Positions 13,401-23,307 are shown, counted from the stretch's first letter. The stretch is DNA of 43,825 nt from Vulcanimicrobiales bacterium (GCA_038215615.1 JBBQQR010000020.1:1-43825), one strand, 5' to 3'. Translations and numbers: made by a program. Notes: generated by a model from the letters alone, not told the origin.

Positions 13401-14525
13401 TTGTTGATCTGCGCGGCGCTCATCGGGCGTCGCATTTTTCTCCTCACCGCTGCGATTGCCGCAGCCGCGCGCTTTCTGCAGCGTAACGATACGCAAGGCG
13501 AACGGTTCGTACCGGATGCGATCAGTGCGCCGGCACCCGCCGTCATAAGCTCGCCGGAGGTGGACTTCCAGCCGCCACGCGGCGCTGAGCTCCCCGCCGT
13601 TCCCGATGTGTCAGGCGTGCGCGCAACGCTCGAGCGCGCGGTGGTCGGGCAGGCTGGCGCGATCGAAGCTCTCATGATCGGCCTGATCGGGGGCGGTCAC
13701 CTGTTATTGGAAGGAGCTCCCGGCCTCGGAAAAACGCTGGCGTGCAGCACGATGGCGCGCGCGGTCGATGCGACCTTTTCGCGCATTCAGTGCAACGCCG
13801 ATCTAACTCCCGCCGACGTGATAGGCTGCGAAATATTCGATCAGCGCGACCTGTCGTTTAAACTTCGTTTGGGTCCGGTTTTCGCCAACGTCGTCTTGGT
13901 CGACGAGATCAACCGTGCGCCGGCGCGCGTCCAAGCGGCGTTGCTTCAGGCAATGGAAGAACAAAGTATAACCATCGCGACGGAAACCCGTGCGCTGCCG
14001 GATCCGTTCTTCGTGCTCGCGACCATGAATGAAGCCGAGGCGGACGGAATTTTTCCGCTTCCCGCGGCGCAACTGGATCGCTTTCTCCTGAAGGTCGTCC
14101 TCGAGTTTCCGACTGCGCAAGAAGATATGGCAATACTCGAGCGCCACGCAGCACGATCTGGCATTTCACTGATGGCGCCGGTCTCACTCGACGAGATCCG
14201 CACTTGGCAGGCGGCCGCGCGCGCGATCTATTGCGCGCCGGATTTGAAGCGATACGTCGCAGAGATCGTCCGCGCTACGCGCGCCGCCGCGGAATGCGGC
14301 GACTTGGAATCGGGCGCCGGGCCACGCGCGGGCCTCGCCATTCTTTGCGCCGCGCGAGCTCGTGCAATTCTGATGACACGAAACCACATAGTACCGGATG
14401 ATGTGCAGCGTGTGGCGGTCGCTGCGCTGCGCCATCGGGTCACCTTCGCCCATTCCTATCTGCTTTCGCGCGCCGACCGCGAGGGTAAGCTGCGCGCGAT
14501 CCTCGACCGCGTCGCGCCGCCGTGA
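13401..14525 (+). CDS. MoxR-family AAA+ ATPase (start uncertain: TTG 13401 or a later GTG)
   Basis: HLLLEGAPGLGKT, RIQCNADLTPADVIG, GPVFANVVLVDEINRAP..QAALLQAMEE, LPAAQLDRF, GPRA. Confidence 0.9.
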   Translation: MLICAALIGRRIFLLTAAIAAAARFLQRNDTQGERFVPDAISAPAPAVISSPEVDFQPPRGAELPAVPDVSGVRATLERAVVGQAGAIEALMIGLIGGGHLLLEGAPGLGKTLACSTMARAVDATFSRIQCNADLTPADVIGCEIFDQRDLSFKLRLGPVFANVVLVDEINRAPARVQAALLQAMEEQSITIATETRALPDPFFVLATMNEAEADGIFPLPAAQLDRFLLKVVLEFPTAQEDMAILERHAARSGISLMAPVSLDEIRTWQAAARAIYCAPDLKRYVAEIVRATRAAAECGDLESGAGPRAGLAILCAARARAILMTRNHIVPDDVQRVAVAALRHRVTFAHSYLLSRADREGKLRAILDRVAPP

Positions 14526-15229
14526 CTTACATACGTCGCGTCGTCTTACGGAAGCCTTGCCTATCCAAGGACCGCAGCGGAGGCGGATTGCGCGCATACG
14601 AGCCGGCTCAAGAAGCGCGGGCGATCGATTGGCGCGCTTCCGCGCGCGAGGGCTCGCTGCACATTCGCGAGCGCTCCGGCGAGGTAACTCTCGCGTGGGG
14701 AACCGTTGTGGACGCATCGCTTTCGATGCGCGCCGGACGCAATCGCAGTTTGGGCGAGGCTGCGCAAGAAGCGGCGCATGTTTGGCGTGGGTGCTTAGCG
14801 CCCGGCGACCGTTGGATCGACGTCGATCCGGCAGGGCGCTGCGGGTTATCGCGGGGACTCGATCGGGCATTGCGCGTTTTGCCGGCGCATAGCGCGCTGC
14901 TTGTTGTGGGCGATTTTCTCGATCTGCCGGACGTTTCCGGTGCGCTGCTGCGCACGGTCGCGAGGCGGCTCGATTGTACGGGGCTCGTCGCGGGCGATCC
15001 GTGGCGCGAGGACTTTCCTCTGGCCGGATTCGTCGTTATTGCGGATCTCGAAACGGGAGCTGCCCGCCGGTTCTTTGTGGGTGCGCGCGAACGCGCGCGG
15101 CTTCAAAGCGAAGCGGGAGTGCGCCAGCGCGCAATTCTGGCCCGGCTCTCTGGAGCAGGTTGGCGCGCGGGGACGTTTTCGGAAGGTGACGGCGGCCGTG
15201 CGCTGTTCCGCGCGTTCGCCGCGCCGTGA
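14522..15229 (+). CDS. DUF58-family protein (divergent, short)
   Basis: LRAYEP...RAIDWRASAR, VVDASLSM and GDFLD motifs; lies between moxR and vWA with GTGA overlaps. Confidence 0.75.
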   Translation: MTYIRRVVLRKPCLSKDRSGGGLRAYEPAQEARAIDWRASAREGSLHIRERSGEVTLAWGTVVDASLSMRAGRNRSLGEAAQEAAHVWRGCLAPGDRWIDVDPAGRCGLSRGLDRALRVLPAHSALLVVGDFLDLPDVSGALLRTVARRLDCTGLVAGDPWREDFPLAGFVVIADLETGAARRFFVGARERARLQSEAGVRQRAILARLSGAGWRAGTFSEGDGGRALFRAFAAP

Positions 15230-16101
15230 CGTTCGCGCATCCGGCGCTCGCGTTTCTGGCGGCGCTCAGTTTGCCGCTTGCATTTGCAGGACGGCGCAAG
15301 TCGGCCGCGCTCTGCCGCCAACGCGCGTACGCGTATTCGAATCTGCCATTTATGATCGCCGCGATGAAGACCACGCAGTGGATGACAATTTTGCTCGACC
15401 TAGCCTACGCCGTTGCGTTTACGCTGCTGATCGCAGCCGCGGGCGGACCGCGCATTTTGACCACCGCACCGGTTCCGGCCGCGGTTGTTCTGTGTTTGGA
15501 TACGTCAGGCTCCATGAACGCGCGCGACATCGTTCCGTCCAGAGCCGGCGCGGCCGCGCTTGCGATTCGTTCCTTTGTCAATGCGATGCCGCCTCGTACG
15601 CACGTGGGCCTAGTGGCATTTGCCGGAAACGCACAGCGTATCGTTCGAATGACGGGCGAGCGCCAAGCAATCATGGCGGGGCTCGCGCGCATCCCGCCGC
15701 CGAACGGTCAAACCGCGATCGGCGACGGATTACTGGCGGCCGCTGCGTTGCTTCCGGATGAGGGTCGGCGCGCGGTCCTTCTGATCACCGACGGCGAAGC
15801 CAACCACGGTTACGATCCCCGCTCCGCCGTTCGGGCGTTGGGAGCGTCGCATATCCGCCTCGACGCGATCGTCATCGGCGATTCGCCGTTTTTGGAATGG
15901 ATGAGATCGTATACATTTAAGACGGGTGGGGTGTTTTCGCGTGCGCGAAGTGCTGCCGATTTGACGGCGCAAATCGTGCGCTTAGCCACGGCCGGAAACG
16001 TCACTCGCGTTCCTCGTGATTATACGGAGGCGTGCGTTATCGCCGCGCTTTCTCTAGCCGCAGCTGCTTGGCTTGCCGCAGCGGGGGCGGCTCGTCTCTG
16101 A
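15226..16101 (+). CDS. BatA-like membrane vWA-domain protein
   Basis: N-terminal MTFAHP and TM helices, MIDAS DTSGSM, TAIGDG, LITDG, C-terminal TM. Confidence 0.88.
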   Translation: MTFAHPALAFLAALSLPLAFAGRRKSAALCRQRAYAYSNLPFMIAAMKTTQWMTILLDLAYAVAFTLLIAAAGGPRILTTAPVPAAVVLCLDTSGSMNARDIVPSRAGAAALAIRSFVNAMPPRTHVGLVAFAGNAQRIVRMTGERQAIMAGLARIPPPNGQTAIGDGLLAAAALLPDEGRRAVLLITDGEANHGYDPRSAVRALGASHIRLDAIVIGDSPFLEWMRSYTFKTGGVFSRARSAADLTAQIVRLATAGNVTRVPRDYTEACVIAALSLAAAAWLAAAGAARL

Positions 16102-16116
16102 GCGAACCCGCGGAGC

Positions 16117-16755
16117 ATGAGCCGCTGGGATATTTCCACAACGCGCCATACCTATGCGCAGGCCGCCGAGCTGGACATGCGCGCGGAACCGCTCGCGCAC
16201 TTGAAAGCTTGGATTGAAGCGGCGCACTCGGCGGGAGCTCGCGAAGCAAACGCCATGGCCCTCAGTACTGTCGGAGAAAACAGCCGCCCGGCTGCGCGCA
16301 TGGTGCTGCTGCGCGGACTCGATGAGCGCGGTTTGGTATTCTTTACGAGCTATTTTAGCCGGAAGGGCCGCGACCTCACGCGCAAGCCATTTGCCGCGGC
16401 GCTCTTTTTTTGGCCCGAGATCCACCGCCAAGTATCCATTGAAGGCGGGGTAGAGCAACTGCCCGATGTTGAATCCGATGCATATTTTGCCGGCCGTCCA
16501 CGCGGTCATCAACTCAGCGCGTGGGCGTCTGAGCAAAGTGAGGAAGTGGAAAGCCGCGAGGTGCTTGAGCAGCGGCTCGAGGATTTCACTAAACGCTTCG
16601 AAGCCGCCATGGTCCCCCGCCCGCACTCATGGGGTGGATTTCTACTGCGCCCTGAACGCTTCGAGTTTTGGCAAGGCCGCTCGAACCGCTTGCACGACCG
16701 GATAGAATTGCGCCGTGACGGGGCCCGATGGATGCAAAGACGGCTGCAGCCGTGA
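16117..16755 (+). CDS. pdxH: Pyridoxamine 5'-phosphate oxidase
   Basis: EANAMALST, ARMVLL, SRKG, YF..RPRG.Q..AWAS.QS, WGG, EFWQGR.NRLHDR, RLQP. Confidence 0.96.
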   Translation: MSRWDISTTRHTYAQAAELDMRAEPLAHLKAWIEAAHSAGAREANAMALSTVGENSRPAARMVLLRGLDERGLVFFTSYFSRKGRDLTRKPFAAALFFWPEIHRQVSIEGGVEQLPDVESDAYFAGRPRGHQLSAWASEQSEEVESREVLEQRLEDFTKRFEAAMVPRPHSWGGFLLRPERFEFWQGRSNRLHDRIELRRDGARWMQRRLQP

Positions 16756-19700
16756 ATCCGTCGGTCGTGCGCAGCGTCATGGTCATCGGTTCCGGGCCCA
16801 TCGTTATCGGCCAGGCCGCCGAGTTCGATTACGCCGGCGTCCAAGCGTGCCGCGCGCTGCGGGAGGAAGGCCATCGCGTCATCCTCGTCAACTCGAACCC
16901 TGCGACGATCATGACCGATACCGAAGTCGCCGACGCCGTCTATCTGGAACCGCTGACGGTCGCGTCGATCGAAGCGATCGTCGAGCGCGAGCGGCCCGAC
17001 GCGCTCCTGCCGACGCTCGGCGGTCAAACCGGTTTGAACCTCGCTGTGGAACTTCACGAAGCCGGCGTGCTCGAACGCTACAGCGTCGAGTTGTTGGGCA
17101 CGCCCATCGAAACGATCCGGTCGGCGGAAGATCGCGAGCTTTTTAAGGCCAAGATGATCGAGATCGGCGAGCCGGTTCCGGAGAGCACCGTCGTCACAAA
17201 CGTGGAGCACGGTGTTGCTTTTGCCCAGGAGTTCGGCTATCCGGTAGTGGTCCGGCCGGCGTATACGCTGGGCGGCACGGGCGGCGGAGTCGTGCACGAC
17301 GAAACGGAGCTGCGCGAGATCCTGGGCGGCGGCCTCGAAGCCAGTTTGATCCACCAGGCTTTGGTTGAAACGTCGCTGCTCGGCTGGAAAGAGATCGAGT
17401 ACGAAATCCTGCGCGACTGCGCCGACAACTGCATCGTGGTCTGCAACATGGAGAATTTCGATCCGGTCGGCGTGCATACGGGAGATTCGATCGTCGTAGC
17501 GCCCTCGTTGACGCTTTCAGACCTTGAATACCAGATGCTGCGCAGCGCCAGCCTCAACGTTATTCGTGCGCTCAAGGTGCAAGGCGGCTGCAACATCCAG
17601 TTCGCGCTGCACGCATCGTCCAGCGAGTACCGTATCATCGAAGTCAATCCGCGCGTTTCACGCAGCTCCGCGCTGGCGAGTAAAGCGACCGGATATCCGA
17701 TTGCGAAAATCAGCACGCGCATCGCGCTTGGACAAACGCTTGACGAAATTTCCAATCCGGTCACCGGCGTCACAAAAGCGGCGTACGAACCGACGCTCGA
17801 CTACGTCGTCGTAAAGATCCCGCGCTGGCCGTTCGACAAATTTCCGCTGGCGGACACCGCCCTGGGGACGCAGATGAAATCGACGGGCGAAGCGATGGGC
17901 ATCGGCCGGACGTTTGGTGACGCGCTTCTCAAGGCTTTGCGCGGGCTGGATCTCAAACGCGAAACGCTGACGGGCACGGCCCTCGCGCAGTGGAGCGACG
18001 CCGAGCTCGAGGCGGTCGTTATCAAAGCGAACCACGAGCGGCTGTTCGCCGTGGCCGAGATGCTGCGGCGAGGCGCGGAACCTGCACATATCCAAGCGCT
18101 CTCCGGAATCGACCCGTTCTTTCTCTACGAAATCGCGGAACTGGTGGCGCTCGAGTCGCGCGGCGCTCTGCCCGCGGAGGGCGCCTACGCATTCCGCATG
18201 GTCGATACGGCGGCCGCCGAGTTTCCCGCGAAATCACCCTACTACTATATTTCGCGCGGCGAACAAAACGAGATGCGCAGCCCCGGCCGGGACGCCGTTG
18301 TCGTGGTCGGCAGCGGTCCGATCAGGATCGGGCAGGGCATTGAGTTCGATTACTCTTGCGTGCACGCGGCCTGGGCGCTGAACGCGGCCGGATGCGCGTC
18401 GGTTATCGTGAACAATAATCCTGAAACCGTTTCGACCGATTTCGACGTCTCCGATGTGCTCGTCTTCGAACCGCCGGGCGCGGGCGAGGTTGAAGCCGTC
18501 TATCGCGCTACCGGTGCGCGCGGTGTGATGCTCTCTTTTGGCGGTCAGACCGCCATCAATCTTGCCGGCGAACTTGCACGACGCGGCGTACCTTTAGTCG
18601 GAAGCGCGCGTGAGAGTTTGGATATGGCCGAAGATCGCGCGAAATTCGATGCCGCGCTCAACCGCATCGGTGTTGCGCGACCGGAAGGGAAGGCTGCGCG
18701 CTCGTTCCGCCAAGCGCGGGCCATCGCTCGCGAGCTCGGCTTCCCGGTCTTGGTGCGTCCGTCTTACGTTTTGGGCGGGCGCGGCATGGAAGTCGTTTAT
18801 AATGAGGGCCAGCTCGCATCGTATGTCGAGTCTGCGCCGCTGATAGCGCCCGACGCGCCGCTGCTGGTCGACAAATATCTGCGGGGGCTCGAATTAGAAG
18901 TCGACGCGGTCTTTGACGGCAACGATGTCCTGGTACCCGGCATCTTCGAGCATATCGAACGCGCGGGGATCCATTCGGGCGATTCGATCGGCGTCTATCC
19001 GCCGCTTTCGATCGACGCCGTTATGGAGAAACGCATCGTCGAGGTCACAACTGCAATCGCGCGCGAGTTGCAGATACGAGGACTGATCAACATTCAGTTT
19101 GTCATTCACGAGGGCGAGCTCTACATCATCGAAGCCAACCCGCGCGCCAGCCGCACGGTGCCCATCATCCAAAAAGCGACCGGCATTAATATCGTCGCCG
19201 CGGCTACTCGAATCGCGCTCGGAGAAAAGCTGCGCGACATGGAGTACGGCGTCGGTCTTGCGCCAAGCGCGCCGTTCAGCGTCGTGAAAATACCGGTGTT
19301 TTCGTTTGCGAAGATGCGCGGGGTCGAAACGATTCTCGGCCCCGAAATGAAATCCACCGGCGAAGTGCTTGGCATCGACGAGACGTTCCCGGCCGCGTTG
19401 CGCAAAGGGTTCCTCGCCGCCGGGGTCAAGCTGCCCGGGACCGGCGGGAGAATCCTCGTTTCAATTGCGGACGGTGAAAAAGAAGATGCGATCCCAGTAT
19501 TGCGGCGTTATGCGGCTTTGGGTCACCGTCTGGTCGCCACGCCCGGCACGCGCGAGCATCTCGAAACGGCGGGCATTCCGTGCGAAGAAGTCAACAAGAT
19601 CGCCGATGGGTCGCCGCATGTGCTCGATCTGATCCGCCAGCGGGCGGTGGATTTGGTCATAAACGACGCGCAGGGCGCACGCGAAATATCGGACGGCTAC

Positions 19701-19850
19701 AAAATCCGGCGCGCTGCGGTTGAGGCGAATATCGCCTGCTTGACGAGTCTCGATACAGCGCGCGCGCTCGCCGCCGCGCTGGAGAGCAGCGCCGGGCCGC
19801 CGCGTTCGCTTCAAGAATACCGGCGCTCGCACGTACGGATAGCATCCTGA
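16752..19850 (+). CDS. carB: Carbamoyl-phosphate synthase large subunit
   Basis: GSGPIVIGQAAEFDY, two ATP-grasp halves, GSGPIRIGQGIEFDY, C-terminal MGS-like domain; GTG 16752 overlaps the pdxH stop (GTGA). Confidence 0.97.
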   Translation: MNPSVVRSVMVIGSGPIVIGQAAEFDYAGVQACRALREEGHRVILVNSNPATIMTDTEVADAVYLEPLTVASIEAIVERERPDALLPTLGGQTGLNLAVELHEAGVLERYSVELLGTPIETIRSAEDRELFKAKMIEIGEPVPESTVVTNVEHGVAFAQEFGYPVVVRPAYTLGGTGGGVVHDETELREILGGGLEASLIHQALVETSLLGWKEIEYEILRDCADNCIVVCNMENFDPVGVHTGDSIVVAPSLTLSDLEYQMLRSASLNVIRALKVQGGCNIQFALHASSSEYRIIEVNPRVSRSSALASKATGYPIAKISTRIALGQTLDEISNPVTGVTKAAYEPTLDYVVVKIPRWPFDKFPLADTALGTQMKSTGEAMGIGRTFGDALLKALRGLDLKRETLTGTALAQWSDAELEAVVIKANHERLFAVAEMLRRGAEPAHIQALSGIDPFFLYEIAELVALESRGALPAEGAYAFRMVDTAAAEFPAKSPYYYISRGEQNEMRSPGRDAVVVVGSGPIRIGQGIEFDYSCVHAAWALNAAGCASVIVNNNPETVSTDFDVSDVLVFEPPGAGEVEAVYRATGARGVMLSFGGQTAINLAGELARRGVPLVGSARESLDMAEDRAKFDAALNRIGVARPEGKAARSFRQARAIARELGFPVLVRPSYVLGGRGMEVVYNEGQLASYVESAPLIAPDAPLLVDKYLRGLELEVDAVFDGNDVLVPGIFEHIERAGIHSGDSIGVYPPLSIDAVMEKRIVEVTTAIARELQIRGLINIQFVIHEGELYIIEANPRASRTVPIIQKATGINIVAAATRIALGEKLRDMEYGVGLAPSAPFSVVKIPVFSFAKMRGVETILGPEMKSTGEVLGIDETFPAALRKGFLAAGVKLPGTGGRILVSIADGEKEDAIPVLRRYAALGHRLVATPGTREHLETAGIPCEEVNKIADGSPHVLDLIRQRAVDLVINDAQGAREISDGYKIRRAAVEANIACLTSLDTARALAAALESSAGPPRSLQEYRRSHVRIAS

Positions 19851-21241
19851 GACGCTCCGTCTCCGTCAAACTTGGCGCCCTGTTCGCTCTCCTGTTCGGC
19901 GTATTGGCCGCGCGTCAGGCGTACGTGCAAGTCATCGATGGGCCGCGCCTTGCCGCGATTTCTTACAACCCGCGACACGCACTGCTCGCGACACGCCGCG
20001 GACGCATTCTTGCAAGCGACGGTACCGTGCTCGCGCAAACGGCTAAAGGCGAACGGCAGTATCCTTACGGTCCGTCGCTTGCGCAAACCGTCGGTTACGT
20101 TTCAATACGCTATGGAACCAGTGGTCTGGAAGACGCTTACGACGCCGCGCTCACGCCGGCCGATACAACCGGCGACGCCGGGGCGCAAGCCGCGGAAATT
20201 GTTGAAGCAATCACCGGGCAAAGCGCGACGGCACGCGGCGCCGATGTTGTCACCACGATCGTTCCGGCAATTCAGAACGCTTTGTACTCCAGGCTCGCAC
20301 TCCATTCGCGTGCCGGCGGCGTCGTGCTCGATCCGCGGACGGGCGCGGTTCTGGCGCTCGGGAGCGTACCGAGCTTCGATCCGAACGCGCTCGCCGCGGA
20401 GTTCCAATCGCTGCTGCACGATCCGAATAGCCCGCTGCTCAACCGCGCTATCGACGGACTCTATCCCCCGGGCTCAACGTTTAAAATCTTCACGGCGTCG
20501 GCAGCGCTCGACGCGGGGGCTGTCACGATGCAGTCGACGTTTAACGATCCAGGCTATTTTACGATCGGAAATTTCACGCTGCACGATAACGAGTTCGAAG
20601 CGACGGGAACGCAGGACCTTACGGGAGCGTTCTCGCTCTCCAGCAACGTTGATTTCGGACAGATCGCTTTGAAGATGGGGACGCAGACGTTCTATCAGTA
20701 CATCGATCGCTGGGGAATAGGAAAATCGCTTGATTTTCAGCTTCCCGCCAGTACGGATCGCGTTCCGTCGCAGGATTCGATCGTTCCCGGCGAGCTGGCG
20801 CAAATGGGTTTCGGGCAAGGCGCCTTGCTGATGACGCCGCTGCGGATGGCGCTCCTCGCGGCGACCGTCGCCAACGGAGGCTCGGAGCCGCGTCCGTTTC
20901 TCGTTCGGCAAGTGGTCCGGCAAGGCGCTGCAAGCGGAAGCTACGGCGCCTCCGAGTTGGCCAACCCGATATCGGCGGATACGGCAGCGAGCGTGAAGAA
21001 CATGATGATTGCCGTCGTGCAGCACGGAACCGGAACGCCGGCGCAGCTGCCCGGCGTCACCGTTGCTGGTAAAACCGGAACGGCAACCAACCCGTTCGGC
21101 GCGGCGCACTCGTGGTTTGTCTGCTTTGCACCCGCGGAAAATCCACGCGTAGTCGTTGCCATCGTCGTTGAGAATGCCGGATACGGCGCGGAAGTTGCTG
21201 CGCCGATTGCGAGGGAAGTGTTGCGGGCTGCTCTGAAATGA
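19847..21241 (+). CDS. pbpA: Class B penicillin-binding protein (PbpA-like); proposed CTG start at 19847, first canonical start TTG 19904
   Basis: RRGRILASDG, YPPGSTFK (SxxK), SSN, KTGT, HSWF. The TM anchor MRRSVSVKLGALFALLFGVLAARQAYVQV begins in frame upstream of the TTG. Confidence 0.88.
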   Translation: MRRSVSVKLGALFALLFGVLAARQAYVQVIDGPRLAAISYNPRHALLATRRGRILASDGTVLAQTAKGERQYPYGPSLAQTVGYVSIRYGTSGLEDAYDAALTPADTTGDAGAQAAEIVEAITGQSATARGADVVTTIVPAIQNALYSRLALHSRAGGVVLDPRTGAVLALGSVPSFDPNALAAEFQSLLHDPNSPLLNRAIDGLYPPGSTFKIFTASAALDAGAVTMQSTFNDPGYFTIGNFTLHDNEFEATGTQDLTGAFSLSSNVDFGQIALKMGTQTFYQYIDRWGIGKSLDFQLPASTDRVPSQDSIVPGELAQMGFGQGALLMTPLRMALLAATVANGGSEPRPFLVRQVVRQGAASGSYGASELANPISADTAASVKNMMIAVVQHGTGTPAQLPGVTVAGKTGTATNPFGAAHSWFVCFAPAENPRVVVAIVVENAGYGAEVAAPIAREVLRAALK

Positions 21242-23307
21242 TCGACTCGGCGCACGTCTTTAATAACCGTTACCGGCTCGACAACAAGCTCGGCGAAGGC
21301 GGCATGGCGACGGTCTATTGCGGCACCGACACGCTGTTGCGCCGGCGGGTTGCGATCAAAGTGTTGCGTCACGATTACGCCTCCGATCAGGAATTCGTAC
21401 GGCGATTTTACCAGGAAGCCGAATCGGCCGCGAAACTCTCGCATCCGAATATCGTTAATACGTACGACGTCGGGCGGGAAGGCGACACGTACTACATCGT
21501 CATGGAGCTGGTCGATGGGCCGTCGCTCGCGGAGATCATTGCCGCGGACGGCAGGCTGCCCGAACCGGTCGCGCTCGATTACGCCGCGCAGGTCTGCAAC
21601 GGGTTGGCGTACGCGCACCGGCAAGGGTTGCTGCACCGGGACATCAAGCCCGCGAACATCTTGATCACCAAAGACGACGTGGTCAAACTTTCCGATTTCG
21701 GCATCGCGCGAGCCGTCTCGCAGCAGACCATGACGATGACGCGCCCGGGCATGGTCATGGGAAGCGTCTACTATCTCTCACCGGAGCAAGCACAGGGCTT
21801 GGACCTCACCGAAGCCTCGGATCTCTACAGCGTCGGCATCGTACTCTATCAAATGCTGACCGGCAAGCTGCCCTTCACGGGCGAGTCGCCGGTTACCGTA
21901 GCGCTCAAACACATCTCCGATCCGGCCCCTGCGCTCGATCCGTCCGCCGGCGTCAGTCCCGCGCTCGCGTCGATCGTCAGCAAGCTGTTGCAAAAACAGC
22001 CCGAGAACCGCTTCCGATCGGCAAGCGAGGTTGCGTCCGCGTTACGCGAAGCGCGTGAGCGGCCCAGCTTTGCAGCGTACTCTTTGGTTGACGATGCCCC
22101 GGGCTACGGAGGCGCGGCGATCGCGGTGCAGCCGCCCCCACGGAGATCGCGACTTCCGGACCGGCGAATCGACGCGGTTGAAGAAGAGGAGTCGCGCCGC
22201 GGACCATCCGCGTGGATCGTCGCGCTCCTCGCGCTCGTCCTGATCGGCGCCGCGGTCGCCGGATACATCATGTCCGCGCACCCGTTCACGCCCGTGCCTG
22301 CGGTCGCGGTGGCGAACTACGTCAATCAGCCCGACGCGCTGGCGCAAAAAACGATCGTCAACGCCGGGCTGACGTATAAAGCTACGCGCCAGACCAGCGA
22401 CACGGTCGCTCCCAATCATGTGATCCGTCAAGATCCGGCCCCGGGTTCGAAGATCGCGCGAGGCTCGGCGGTGCAACTTGTGATCAGCAGCGGACCGCCG
22501 ACTGTCGGTTTGCGCGACGTGGTTGGCTATACGCTTGACGATGCGCAAAAAGATCTGACCGGAGACAAACTCAACGTCACCGTCGTGCAGAAGTTCGATC
22601 CTACGCCCAAGGGCAGCGTGGTTGACGAACGCCCCAAGCCCGGTACCAAAATGCGGCAGAACGCCGGAGTTACACTGGTCGTCTCGCAAGGTCCCGCGCC
22701 GATAAAGATGCCGCGCCTGGCGGGCTTAACACTGGATCAGGCCCGGCAGATCGCCGCCCAGGACGGCTTTACGATCAACGTCAGCGAGCGCTCAGCCTTT
22801 CCAAATATTCCACCCAACGTGATCGAATCGCAAGACGTGCCCGCCGGAATGCAAGTGCCTTCGGACCATTCGACCACGGTGAACGTGGTCGTCAGCAGCG
22901 GCGGTGGCCTCACGAACGTCCCCAATCTGATCGGCAGCGATTTGACGAGCGCTCAGTCGCAGCTGAAAACGGCTGGGTTCACGGCTGCAATCGGCTACTT
23001 GGTCGAACCGGGTTCTCCGAATAACGGTCAAGTGATCTCGCTTGACCCGCAACCGGGAACGCCCGCGGAAAAAGGCTCGACCATTCGTATGACGCTCTCC
23101 GTTTCGGGTGAAGTGCCGGATACCAACGGCATGACGATCCAACAGGCGAAGGCGCAGCTCGCCGGCTACGGCTACACGATCGGCAACGTGACGCCGACAA
23201 CCGAGGGCGCAAGCGGACGAATCGTGCGCACCGAACCGGAGGCCGGCACGAAACTGGCGCCGGGCTCGCCGGTCAACATTTACGTCAACAACAGCAATCC
23301 GCCGTGA
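21238..23307 (+). CDS. pknB: PASTA-domain Ser/Thr protein kinase (PknB/PrkC), five PASTA repeats
   Basis: LGEGGMATVY, VAIK, HRDIKPAN, DFGIAR, YLSPEQ; TM helix; five ~65-aa PASTA-like repeats. Confidence 0.95.
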   Translation: MIDSAHVFNNRYRLDNKLGEGGMATVYCGTDTLLRRRVAIKVLRHDYASDQEFVRRFYQEAESAAKLSHPNIVNTYDVGREGDTYYIVMELVDGPSLAEIIAADGRLPEPVALDYAAQVCNGLAYAHRQGLLHRDIKPANILITKDDVVKLSDFGIARAVSQQTMTMTRPGMVMGSVYYLSPEQAQGLDLTEASDLYSVGIVLYQMLTGKLPFTGESPVTVALKHISDPAPALDPSAGVSPALASIVSKLLQKQPENRFRSASEVASALREARERPSFAAYSLVDDAPGYGGAAIAVQPPPRRSRLPDRRIDAVEEEESRRGPSAWIVALLALVLIGAAVAGYIMSAHPFTPVPAVAVANYVNQPDALAQKTIVNAGLTYKATRQTSDTVAPNHVIRQDPAPGSKIARGSAVQLVISSGPPTVGLRDVVGYTLDDAQKDLTGDKLNVTVVQKFDPTPKGSVVDERPKPGTKMRQNAGVTLVVSQGPAPIKMPRLAGLTLDQARQIAAQDGFTINVSERSAFPNIPPNVIESQDVPAGMQVPSDHSTTVNVVVSSGGGLTNVPNLIGSDLTSAQSQLKTAGFTAAIGYLVEPGSPNNGQVISLDPQPGTPAEKGSTIRMTLSVSGEVPDTNGMTIQQAKAQLAGYGYTIGNVTPTTEGASGRIVRTEPEAGTKLAPGSPVNIYVNNSNPP

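Noticed and set aside
16098..16101. CTGA at the vWA stop as another CTG start
   Set aside because: Out of frame with pdxH, which has its own ATG at 16117. The CTGA at the pyrB stop (11086) is likewise out of frame with pyrC.
22300..23300. Repeat array or CRISPR-like periodicity
   Set aside because: The periodicity is protein-level PASTA repeats; no direct-repeat/spacer array was seen anywhere.
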